A DNA stretch of 64,000 bases from Blastocatellia bacterium (GCA_035607285.1 DATNBZ010000204.1:18850-82849), one strand, 5' to 3'. Counted from the stretch's first letter, positions 37,566-45,384 are shown. Made by a program: numbers and translations. The notes: a model not told the origin generated them from the sequence alone.

Positions 37566-37739
37566 ATGGACAAGCCCATTGAGCCACGAGATTCCGAACG
37601 TGGGGACGTAAAGCAAGCGGTTCGCACTTGCATTGCCGAGATCGATCGCGCGAGGCAGCAAATGATGGCTGATCAGAATGAGATCGATCGTCTCAAATTG
37701 GAAACGCGAGAAATTCTGGCGCGGCTGACTGTCAGGTAG
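37566..37739 (+). CDS. candidate small coiled-coil protein (57 aa), unannotated in the ORF track
   Basis: A strong SD GAGGAGG lies 6 nt upstream of the ATG at 37566. The product MDKPIEPRDSERGDVKQAVRTCIAEIDRARQQMMADQNEIDRLKLETREILARLTVR is more plausible than the antisense 66 aa track ORF. Confidence 0.35.
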   Translation: MDKPIEPRDSERGDVKQAVRTCIAEIDRARQQMMADQNEIDRLKLETREILARLTVR

Positions 37740-37744
37740 AATTC

Positions 37745-38081
37745 TTACAAACCGAGCCACTGCCGCAGAGCGTCGTTCAAGTCTCCTGCGTCCGAGTCAG
37801 ATAGTGTCCCAAGGCTTTGCGCGACGAGACTCTGATCGACGGTGTAAATCCCTCGCTTAACCGCAGTCTCTACGTTCAACCCTGCTTTTGCTCCAGTTCG
37901 CCAAAACAAACTCGCCTGCGAGAAGCGATGTAGTCTTACTAGTCAGGGGAAGAATGAAAACGTCTTTAGACCTATGAGGCGCACTAACAATCACGGCGGG
38001 TCTGACTTTCGAACCGGACAAGTCGGAGAACGGATAACGGACGAGTACGACTTCACCTCGTGAGTAGTTGCTCATAGACAT
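37745..38081 (-). pseudogene. mazF: mazF/pemK-family toxin gene interrupted by a +1 frameshift in an A4 run
   Basis: The N-terminal frame reads RGEVVLVRYPFSDLSGSKVRPAVIVS...LTSKT and stops at 37857. The next frame continues AGLNVETAVKRGIYTVDQSLVAQSLGTLSDSDAGDLNDALRQWLGL to the TAA at 37745-37747. The total of 337 nt equals 112 codons plus 1 nt. Confidence 0.75.
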
Positions 38082-38253
38082 CGTCCTCGTTATTGGCCCA
38101 GATCGATGCTAATGAAGAATCGCTCGCACGCAACCAGAATTCCGCGTCGTCAGAAAGAATTGTGACCAATACCTCGGTGCCTTCGGGAATATCGGCCTGC
38201 TCGAGCAGTTCAATCTTCCCTTCTCGGACGATGGCCTTAACCGTGGTCACCAT
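38053..38253 (-). CDS. antitoxin (DUF104/AF2212-like) paired with the mazF-like gene
   Basis: The MVTTVKAIVREGKIELLEQADIPEGTEVLVTIL pattern is typical of this antitoxin family. The 3' end overlaps the toxin start. Confidence 0.7.
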   Translation of the reverse strand: MVTTVKAIVREGKIELLEQADIPEGTEVLVTILSDDAEFWLRASDSSLASIWANNEDDVYEQLLTR

Positions 38254-38372
38254 GGTTGCGTCACCTCTCTTTGGAGTCAGCATATCTGTTTAGCAATGCC
38301 GTCGCAATAGGGACACGTTGAGTAAATAAGCGATCTCGACTAAGCTCTGGTCCGGAAAAATCGTGGTGCGCC

Positions 38373-39824
38373 ATGGACGACATACCACCCAACGTCGAGT
38401 TCCAACGTGAAGAGGAACGCGTCGAGCAACGTAGCGCCGTCTTCAAAAAAGAACTCGGGCTCACCGATCTCGCGCTCACGCAAATACTCTTCATCGTAGG
38501 CTTGCCCTGGATCGGAGTCGCCGCAAAACAAGGCCCTTCACACGTAGTTCTCTGGTTGCTTGCAATCGTGCTCTTCTACATTCCGTCGGCCGTCGTAGTC
38601 ATCTACCTCAACAAAATCATGCCGCTCGAAGGCGGCCTCTATCAGTGGGCGAAGCTCGGCTTTAACGAAACAATAGGATTCCTCGTAGCATGGAACCTGT
38701 GGTTGATGGCGATCTTGAACACATCGGAGATCGGGCTTCAGGTGACTCAGTATGTGCGATACGTCATGGGCCCGGGCGCCGAGTGGCTGACGGACAGCAA
38801 GTGGTTCAACGCCGCGGTGAGCCTGGCAATAATCAGTGCGCTGGTGATGTTGGCCACCGTGGGACTCGGCGTCGGCAAGTGGGTGCACAAGGTGGGCGGC
38901 GCGCTCATGCTGCTCACCTTTGCCGCGGTCCTGATCCTTCCGCTGCTGAATCGAGCGCACGGCTCCCTGAGTGAGTATCATCCGCTGCAAACCGAGATGC
39001 CCGTGCTATCGCTTATGACCTTGAACCTGCTCGGCAAGATGGGCTTCGGCGCGCTCGGTGGTTTCGAATACGTAGCAATTCACGCCGGAGAGTGTCGAAA
39101 TCCAGTTCGCGCCATCAGCCGGTCGGTCCTTGTAGCGGCGCCGGTCATCGCGGTGATGTTCATTCTGGGCACAAGCTCGATGCTCGCGCTGATCGGTCAG
39201 GAGCGCGTCGACTTGATAGCGCCAATCCCGCAGGTGTTGAGTGAGGGTCTTCGCCCGCTCGGCGTAGTCGCAGCAGTGGCGCCGCTCACGATCATGGCTC
39301 TGCTTGTCATCCGCGTAGCTCAATCAAGCGTGATGTTCGCCGGAACCACGAGGCTTCCGATGGTAGCGGGATGGGACCGTTTGCTTCCGGACTGGTTTAC
39401 GAAACTGCACGCCAGGTACAAGACTCCCGTCAACTCGATTCTATTCGTCGGCGCTGCGACGCTTGCGATGGGAATTGTCGGTTTGATCGGCGTAGGCAAA
39501 CAGGAAGCGTTTCAATTGTTGTGGAACGCATCGGGCGTATTCTATGCGCTAGCCTATCTGGTGTTGTTTGCGGTGCCGCTCATCGGACTGAGAGGGTCGA
39601 ACTTCCGCGCGCCGCTGTGGTTGAAGATCGCGGCCCTGTCGGGGTTACTGATGACGCTTCTCTACGTCGCGCTTTCGATCGTTCCGATCATTAAGGTGGA
39701 AAGCCGCTCGAGTTTCGCGGTCAAGATTGGGGGATTGATTTTGATCACAAATCTGATTGGACTTGGGATCTGTCTTCTTGAAGAGCGGCGCAAGCGAGCT
39801 CGAGCAGCGGTCGTTCTGGATTGA
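38373..39824 (+). CDS. APC superfamily transporter (amino acid/polyamine permease)
   Basis: 483 aa with about 12 TM helices and an N-terminal LGLTDLALTQILFIVGLPWIG region. The stop codon is the first triplet of repeat A4. Confidence 0.8.
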   Translation: MDDIPPNVEFQREEERVEQRSAVFKKELGLTDLALTQILFIVGLPWIGVAAKQGPSHVVLWLLAIVLFYIPSAVVVIYLNKIMPLEGGLYQWAKLGFNETIGFLVAWNLWLMAILNTSEIGLQVTQYVRYVMGPGAEWLTDSKWFNAAVSLAIISALVMLATVGLGVGKWVHKVGGALMLLTFAAVLILPLLNRAHGSLSEYHPLQTEMPVLSLMTLNLLGKMGFGALGGFEYVAIHAGECRNPVRAISRSVLVAAPVIAVMFILGTSSMLALIGQERVDLIAPIPQVLSEGLRPLGVVAAVAPLTIMALLVIRVAQSSVMFAGTTRLPMVAGWDRLLPDWFTKLHARYKTPVNSILFVGAATLAMGIVGLIGVGKQEAFQLLWNASGVFYALAYLVLFAVPLIGLRGSNFRAPLWLKIAALSGLLMTLLYVALSIVPIIKVESRSSFAVKIGGLILITNLIGLGICLLEERRKRARAAVVLD

Positions 39825-39915
39825 TCTGTCCTCAGCGTCCTCAGCGTCCTCTGCGGTTATTCTTTGATCGATGTCGGGACTCAACCGCAGAGGACGCTGA
39901 GGACGCCGAGGATCA
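39822..39915. repeat. palindromic intergenic repeat, family A
   Basis: tgatctgtcctcagcgtcctcagcgtcctctgcggtt pairs with aaccgcagaggacgctgaggacgccgaggatca. Confidence 0.9.
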
Positions 39916-39951
39916 GCAAGATCGTTCGCGGTATTCGCAGTGACCCGACTC

Positions 39952-40263
39952 GGGTGTGATTAAAACTGGGACTTGGGTGGGACTTAGGTCAGCGGGAACT
40001 CAGAGCGAGGAATCGAGCGTTCCGCCCGGCAACCCCGTCGGGTGCGATGTTTAGTTACGGACGCCGACGTGGACTCCTGGTTCCGTTAGGTGCGGCATAG
40101 AGTTGAGCGCAGGAACATTTCACCCCTACGGGGTTGGCAACATATGGAACTCGCCAACTATAAACATTCTACCCCTACGGGGTTCCAGGGAATTCTCAGG
40201 ACACTTATTCCGGCGAAGAGTCGCGGCGGTTCCCGACTCAAGTCCGCTTTTAATCACACCCCC
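39952..40263. mobile_element. MITE-like element E (about 312 bp) sharing terminal inverted repeats with D1/D2
   Basis: The left end is gggtgtgattaaaactgggacttg. The reverse complement of the right end is gggggtgtgattaaaagcggacttg. Internal 24 bp direct repeats aacattYcacccctacggggttSS carry CCCC/GGGG mini-hairpins. Confidence 0.75.
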
Positions 40264-40338
40264 CACTCAGTCGTCTTGCTGCCAATTCCCTTCTTCGTTA
40301 GAATCCCGCCAATCTCGTTGCTCAACCGGTGGAATCCA

Positions 40339-42450
40339 ATGTTTCGGAGGTTACCAAACGCTATGTCTACCAAAAGGTCTGCCAATCGATTATCGCTGAT
40401 CTTGAGTGTCGTACTTACCGTCGCTAATTTCGCGATTGCCCAGCAACCAGCAAAGCACCCGCTAAAGCTTGACGATCTTGCGCGCATTCGCGAAGTGCGA
40501 GATCCGCAGGTGTCGCCGGATGGCCAGTCGGTTGCCTACGTCGTTTCAACGATCGACGTAAAAGAGGACAAGGGCAGTTCCCATATCTGGATGGTGAGCT
40601 TCGACGGCAAGAACGATCGCCAGATCACCTGGAGTCAGGATAGCGAGTCGTCGCCTCGCTGGAGTCCCGACGGTAAGTATCTTTCGTTCACGTCGTCGCG
40701 GCCCGGCAAGGCAAAAGGCAGCCAGGTGTGGCTGCTCGACCTGAGCGGCGGTGAGGCGATGCAGCTTACAGACTTCAAGGGACGCCTGCAGGGTTACGAA
40801 TGGTCCCCCGACTCGAAACGTTTGGCGGCAGTCATCGGCGATCCTGATCCGGAAGCCGAAGCGAACGCCGCAGCCGCTGAAAGCGGCGGCAAGCCGAAAC
40901 CTCCCAAGCCCATCGTGATCGACCGCTATCATTTTAAGCAGGACGTGCAGGGCTATCTCCTGTCGGGGCGTCACAGCTACATCTACTTGTTTGATATCGA
41001 CAGCAAAAAACTCGAGCGGCTCACGAAAAGCAAATGGGATGAGTCGAGCCCTTCGTGGTCGCCGGACGGCGGTCGCATCGCCTTCATGAGCAATCGCGCC
41101 GACGACCCCGATCGCGAGCCGTCAGCGCAGATGTTCGTGGCTGCGGCGAAGCCGGGCTCTCCCGAAAAAGCGTTGACCCAGGCCACCAGCCGTGGAGGCC
41201 GTGCACGCCCCGAGTGGAGCCCCGATGGAAAATGGATCGCGTTCCTCGAAGGAGACGAGAAGAAATTCGGCGCTTACGGAATGGAGCACCTGACTGTTGT
41301 GCCGTCGGACGGCAGCAGCGCTCCAACCCGAGTGCAGGCCGCGGAGGACCTTGATAGAGGCGCCTCGAATCCCCGCTTCAGCGCCGACGGAAAATCAATC
41401 AGCTTCTTCGTGACTGATGATCGTTCGGTCTATCCAGCGCGGGTGAATCTGTCTGGCGGCGCAGTCGAACGGCTGATGTCGCCGCCAATCATCGTGTCGA
41501 GCGCAACAACCGGAGGCGGACATTCGGCGGTGCTTTCCGGCAGTGATACAAAGCACACAGAGGTGTACGCAATGGAAGGCGCCGCGCTGCGTCAGCTTAC
41601 CCATCAAAACGACGCGCTGTTCGCCGAGCTGGAAGTGGCGGCCACCGAAGAAGTCAGTTTCAAGAGCAAGGATGGAACTGAAGTTCACGGCTTGCTGACA
41701 TACCCGGTGGGTTACGTAAAAGGCGCGAGGGTTCCCTTGCTGCTCCGAATACACGGCGGTCCGAACGGACAGGACGGACATTCGTATAGCGTCGAGCGAC
41801 AGTTCTTCGCGGCGAATGGTTACGCCGTGCTTGCGGTGAATTATCGAGGCAGCTCGGGCCGAGGTCAGAAGTATTCGCGATCGATCTTTGCCGATTGGGG
41901 TCATTACGAAGTCGACGACCTGCAAGCCGGCGTCGATCACGTGATCAAGATGGGCGTCGCCGATCCGGACCGACTGGGCGTGGGCGGCTGGAGCTATGGA
42001 GGAATCCTTACAGACTATATGATCGCGAGCGACACGCGCTTCAAGGCCGCGACCAGCGGCGCGGGGACGGCGTTCACGGTTGCGTTCTACGGCACGGATC
42101 AATACATCATTCAGTACGACTACGAGATCGGCCCGCCGTGGAATCCGAAAGCCTGGGAGACTTATCAGAAGATCTCTTATCCGTTCCTGCATGCCGATCG
42201 AATCAAGACTCCGACGTTGTTTTTGGGAGGCGAGCGCGACTTCAACGTCCCGGTGCAGGGCGGCCAGCAGATGTATCAGGCGCTGAGGAGCCTGGGCGTT
42301 GACACGCAGATGATCATTTACCCGAACGAGTTTCACGGCATCCAGCGCCCGAGCTATCAGCGTGATCGGTATGAGCGGTATCTCGGGTGGTACGACAAGT
42401 ATTTGAAGAAGACGCCGGAAGCAGCGAGCGCTAACGGTGCTGTGCGGTAG
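40339..42450 (+). CDS. S9 family serine peptidase (prolyl oligopeptidase/acylaminoacyl peptidase type) with N-terminal beta-propeller
   Basis: TolB-like repeats are present (SPDGQSVAY, SPDGKYLSF, SPDSKRLAA, SPDGGRIAF, SPDGKWIAF). The catalytic nucleophile elbow is GGWSYGG. The start is set after MITE E (ATG 40339 or 40363). Confidence 0.9.
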   Translation: MFRRLPNAMSTKRSANRLSLILSVVLTVANFAIAQQPAKHPLKLDDLARIREVRDPQVSPDGQSVAYVVSTIDVKEDKGSSHIWMVSFDGKNDRQITWSQDSESSPRWSPDGKYLSFTSSRPGKAKGSQVWLLDLSGGEAMQLTDFKGRLQGYEWSPDSKRLAAVIGDPDPEAEANAAAAESGGKPKPPKPIVIDRYHFKQDVQGYLLSGRHSYIYLFDIDSKKLERLTKSKWDESSPSWSPDGGRIAFMSNRADDPDREPSAQMFVAAAKPGSPEKALTQATSRGGRARPEWSPDGKWIAFLEGDEKKFGAYGMEHLTVVPSDGSSAPTRVQAAEDLDRGASNPRFSADGKSISFFVTDDRSVYPARVNLSGGAVERLMSPPIIVSSATTGGGHSAVLSGSDTKHTEVYAMEGAALRQLTHQNDALFAELEVAATEEVSFKSKDGTEVHGLLTYPVGYVKGARVPLLLRIHGGPNGQDGHSYSVERQFFAANGYAVLAVNYRGSSGRGQKYSRSIFADWGHYEVDDLQAGVDHVIKMGVADPDRLGVGGWSYGGILTDYMIASDTRFKAATSGAGTAFTVAFYGTDQYIIQYDYEIGPPWNPKAWETYQKISYPFLHADRIKTPTLFLGGERDFNVPVQGGQQMYQALRSLGVDTQMIIYPNEFHGIQRPSYQRDRYERYLGWYDKYLKKTPEAASANGAVR

Positions 42451-42467
42451 CGGCGGTACTGGGCCAT

Positions 42468-42603
42468 AGTGAGTTACTCGCTCAGGACCGCGACGAGTCC
42501 TCTGCGTCCTCGGCGTCCTCTGCGGTTGATTCCCAGCACTGATTAGGAAACCGCAGAGGGCGCAGAGAGCGCGGAGGATTGCCCGGTGCCGGCTAACACT
42601 AGA
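42468..42603. repeat. palindromic intergenic repeat, family A
   Basis: gagtcctctgcgtcctcggcgtcctctgcggttgattcc pairs with ggaaaccgcagagggcgcagagagcgcggagga. Confidence 0.9.
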
Positions 42604-42662
42604 GTGATTAGGTCTAATGCCCTTGTTGTATGATCGGCATCGAACTGCAAAGAGGTGCTCCG

Positions 42663-42887
42663 ATGAGAAAGAAGACACGGGCAAAACTGTTGGGCCGGCA
42701 CATCGTCGTTGACCCGAAGGTCTGTCACGGCAAGCCCACCTTTCGGGGCACGCGTATAATGGTCTGGCAAGTGCTGGAGATGCTCGCTGATGGGTTGGCC
42801 TGGGAAATGATCATCGAGCAATGTCACAAGAGCATCACCAAAGACGCCATTGCGGAGGCGATTAACTGTCGGGCGAAGCCTTCCTAA
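42663..42887 (+). CDS. DUF433 domain protein (antitoxin-like), apparently without partner gene
   Basis: The GRHIVVDPKVCHGKPTFRGTRIMVWQVLEMLADG motif is typical of DUF433. Confidence 0.75.
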   Translation: MRKKTRAKLLGRHIVVDPKVCHGKPTFRGTRIMVWQVLEMLADGLAWEMIIEQCHKSITKDAIAEAINCRAKPS

Positions 42888-42986
42888 AGCACTCGGACGA
42901 GTTTGTACTAGAAGAGCGACAAACTTCAAACACCAAATCCGGATCGTTTGTCCATTGAAGTAGAATAAACACGAGAGGCGCTAGAG

Positions 42987-43793
42987 GTGGAAACCAAGTT
43001 CAGGCCAATTCCAATCACTATATTAGATTTCTTGGGCATACTCCTTCCTGGCTTTGTGTGGCTGATTCTCTTGGCAACTACCATCCAGATTCTGGTACGC
43101 CAAGGAGACGCAGCCGCTCAAACACCGCTAGATGTTTGCGGAGAGATAGCTTCAACACTAAAGTCTCAGGAAATATGGATTGCTGCCGTGACATTGATTG
43201 TTGCGTCGCTCATTGTCGGCTATATCCTTAAACCATTTGCTATGCGCGTCAGTGAATGGTTATCCAGATACTTGTTCAAATTAGAGAAGCGACATAGGGG
43301 AATACCACTACAAGCATTTAGATTTCCTTACGATGAGATATTTAGGCACACCGATGGTTACCAGAAAGCAGGCAAGTTGATTCAAGGAGTGATTAAGTGT
43401 TCTCCAGACAAATTGTTCGGTAGTCGGTTGTTCGCCGCATCCAAGAGGTACCTCAGATTAATGGCCCCCGCCTTGTGGGAGGAAAGTGAACGTATGGAAG
43501 CAGAGGTTCGAATGGCAGGCGCGCTCTTCCTTGCTTTTCTATACAGCACTGTCCTAAGCACACTGAGCCTAATTCTTGGATCTCTTCATTTCCGACAAAT
43601 CCAGAACAAGTCCGCAACTTGGACCTGGTGGATTCTATCTGTTTGCTTAGCCTTTGCTATTGGCACAGGCCTTAATCGCCTACGCATTAGAGAGGTCGGA
43701 TATACTTATATGAATACCCTAATCGCCTTTGGCTGTCGTGAGGCTGCGCTGGAGCAGGGCCATGAATCCAAGAACAGAGATGATGACGATTAG
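42987..43793 (+). CDS. hypothetical integral membrane protein in an AT-rich islet
   Basis: 268 aa with about four hydrophobic helices and an acidic tail NRDDDD. Local GC is clearly lower than the flanks: hand counts of two 60 nt lines gave 43% and 37%, against 53% in the neighbouring peptidase gene. Confidence 0.55.
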   Translation: METKFRPIPITILDFLGILLPGFVWLILLATTIQILVRQGDAAAQTPLDVCGEIASTLKSQEIWIAAVTLIVASLIVGYILKPFAMRVSEWLSRYLFKLEKRHRGIPLQAFRFPYDEIFRHTDGYQKAGKLIQGVIKCSPDKLFGSRLFAASKRYLRLMAPALWEESERMEAEVRMAGALFLAFLYSTVLSTLSLILGSLHFRQIQNKSATWTWWILSVCLAFAIGTGLNRLRIREVGYTYMNTLIAFGCREAALEQGHESKNRDDDD

Positions 43794-43853
43794 TTTTGAT
43801 AGGTAGGGAAGCGATGTTTACGACGTCAGGTTTTCGATATTGGAGACCACGAC

Positions 43854-44477
43854 TTGAAACCCAAAACCAAGCTATCGGCTTCGATGACCTTGACCCAGTT
43901 CGACAACGGGTATTGGTACGCTGTCGAGCTCAAGAATTTCGCGGACGCGATCGGAATCCCATCTGCCGGCAAGCTCCGTAAGGACGAGCTCGAGAAGGCT
44001 ATCAAACACTTTCTCCGAACAGGCAAGATTGAGAGCCCTACTAAACGTGACCTCTCGAAGACGGGAATCAAAGATGTCGAGCACGGCTTACGCCTCAACC
44101 TTCCAGTAGTTCTCTACACGAACGACAAGGAGACCAAGAGTTTTCTCGAGCGAGAGGCACAGAAGCTCGCTCCGGGATTGAAGAGGAAATCCGGCGCGCG
44201 CTACCGGCTCAATCGTTGGCGCGAAGAGCAGCTCACCAACGGCATCAAGATTACTTATCGAGATCTGGTAAAGGAATATGCTCGCCTTTGCCAGTCTGAT
44301 GAGCCTTTTAAGAAGATTCCTTACGTATGTTACATCAACTTCATGAGCGACTTCCTGGCTTCAGAGAAAGGGGCCACGAGAGAGCAAGCGATTCAGGCCT
44401 GGAAACAAGTGAAAACACTGGACTGCCCCAAGACCTATCTGGCGTGGTTGAAGTCACAATCCGCGAAGTCAAAGTGA
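43854..44477 (+). CDS. hypothetical protein with N-terminal SAP-like motif
   Basis: MTLTQFDNGYWYAVELKNFADAIGIPSAGKLRKDELEKAIKHFLRTG resembles SAP/DUF6434-type helix-extension-helix modules. The start may be the Met at 43884. Confidence 0.5.
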   Translation: MKPKTKLSASMTLTQFDNGYWYAVELKNFADAIGIPSAGKLRKDELEKAIKHFLRTGKIESPTKRDLSKTGIKDVEHGLRLNLPVVLYTNDKETKSFLEREAQKLAPGLKRKSGARYRLNRWREEQLTNGIKITYRDLVKEYARLCQSDEPFKKIPYVCYINFMSDFLASEKGATREQAIQAWKQVKTLDCPKTYLAWLKSQSAKSK

Positions 44478-44647
44478 ACAGCCCGACGGTTTAACCTACC
44501 GTATGGTGATTGGCCAATCCTGTGGGGATGAATTCCTTCGCTGCGCGCCAATCTTAAACTCACCGGCATGACTCAGCGCAGCCACCGTGTATAATTAATT
44601 CTTCAAACCGCAACACGACTTTCTCTATCATCGCGCAAGGAGATTCT

Positions 44648-45223
44648 ATGAAAGGCTCAAAGCCGGCCTCAATGAAGAAAAGCAAGAAGCCAGCTCGAAC
44701 GAACACTTCTACAAAGAGCACAAAAGGCAAATCGGCGGCCGCCTCAAGCAACGCCGCCAAACAGTCCGGCGAAACTGCTGCCGCGGTGGCAAAGGCTCCC
44801 GTTGTCGATCAGGAGCTTCAACTGCCAACGACTCTCGGCAAGGTCAGCATCTTCGGCGGACCGAAGGACCGAGGCATAAAGCCTGACGATAAACTCGCGC
44901 TGCCCACCGGTCCGCACAGCGTGTACGAGCGCGTTCGCAGCCTGAACCCCAAGAGTTTCTACTGCTCGATGCGATGGAACTATCACGTTCAGCATCTGAC
45001 TCCGGAGGAGGTGAAGCGGTCGTGGGGAAACAAGAAGCTGCTGGTGACCAACGCAAAGAATGGGAATGCTGTCGTCGTGCGAGCCGTTGATTACGGACCG
45101 CACGAAAACACCGGGCTCGATATCGGGCTCTCACCGGGAGCCGCCGACGCTCTTGGCGTCGAAGTGGGCGACGAGGTTTCAATCGCCGTCGCCGATCCCA
45201 AGTTGGCGTTGGGGCCAAAATAG
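44648..45223 (+). CDS. RlpA-like double-psi beta-barrel (DPBB) domain protein with Lys-rich N-terminal tail
   Basis: The AAGGAGA SD precedes the start. The C-terminal LLVTNAKNGNAVVVRAVDYGPHENTGLDIGLSPGAADALGV fits the DPBB_1 pattern (V.N..NG..v.v.v.DrGP.....iDLS..a...lg). Confidence 0.6.
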   Translation: MKGSKPASMKKSKKPARTNTSTKSTKGKSAAASSNAAKQSGETAAAVAKAPVVDQELQLPTTLGKVSIFGGPKDRGIKPDDKLALPTGPHSVYERVRSLNPKSFYCSMRWNYHVQHLTPEEVKRSWGNKKLLVTNAKNGNAVVVRAVDYGPHENTGLDIGLSPGAADALGVEVGDEVSIAVADPKLALGPK

Positions 45224-45384
45224 TTCCGAGTTCAGAGTTCAAGGTTCAGAGTTCAGGGTTTGCGGCTTAAGATGCCTGGCTCACATGCGAAGTCGGAAAT
45301 TGCAAACACGAACCCTGAACCACGAACTCTGAACCCTGAACCACGAACCCCAAACTCTAAACCAGGAACTCTGAACCCGAAACC
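45224..45384. repeat. hairpin of inverted tandem heptamers (GTTCAGR left; GAACYCT/GAACCAC right), no cargo
   Basis: gttccgagttcagagttcaaggttcagagttcagg pairs with gaaccctgaaccacgaactctgaaccctgaaccacgaacc. The inner gtttgc/gcaaac pair extends the stem. Confidence 0.9.

Noticed and set aside
37560-37760. A 66 aa minus-strand track ORF.
   Set aside because: It has no SD and an implausible sequence. The opposite strand carries a shorter ORF with a strong SD (37566-37739).
41395-42684. A 429 aa minus-strand ORF.
   Set aside because: It is antisense to the S9 peptidase catalytic domain and continues through repeat A5.
42865-42960. A possible frameshift at the DUF433 C-terminus, or a remnant of its partner toxin gene.
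   Set aside because: An alternative frame reads LSGEAFLKHSDEFVLEERQ, which loosely resembles DUF433 C-termini. The evidence is too thin, and the region also matches repeat H fragments.
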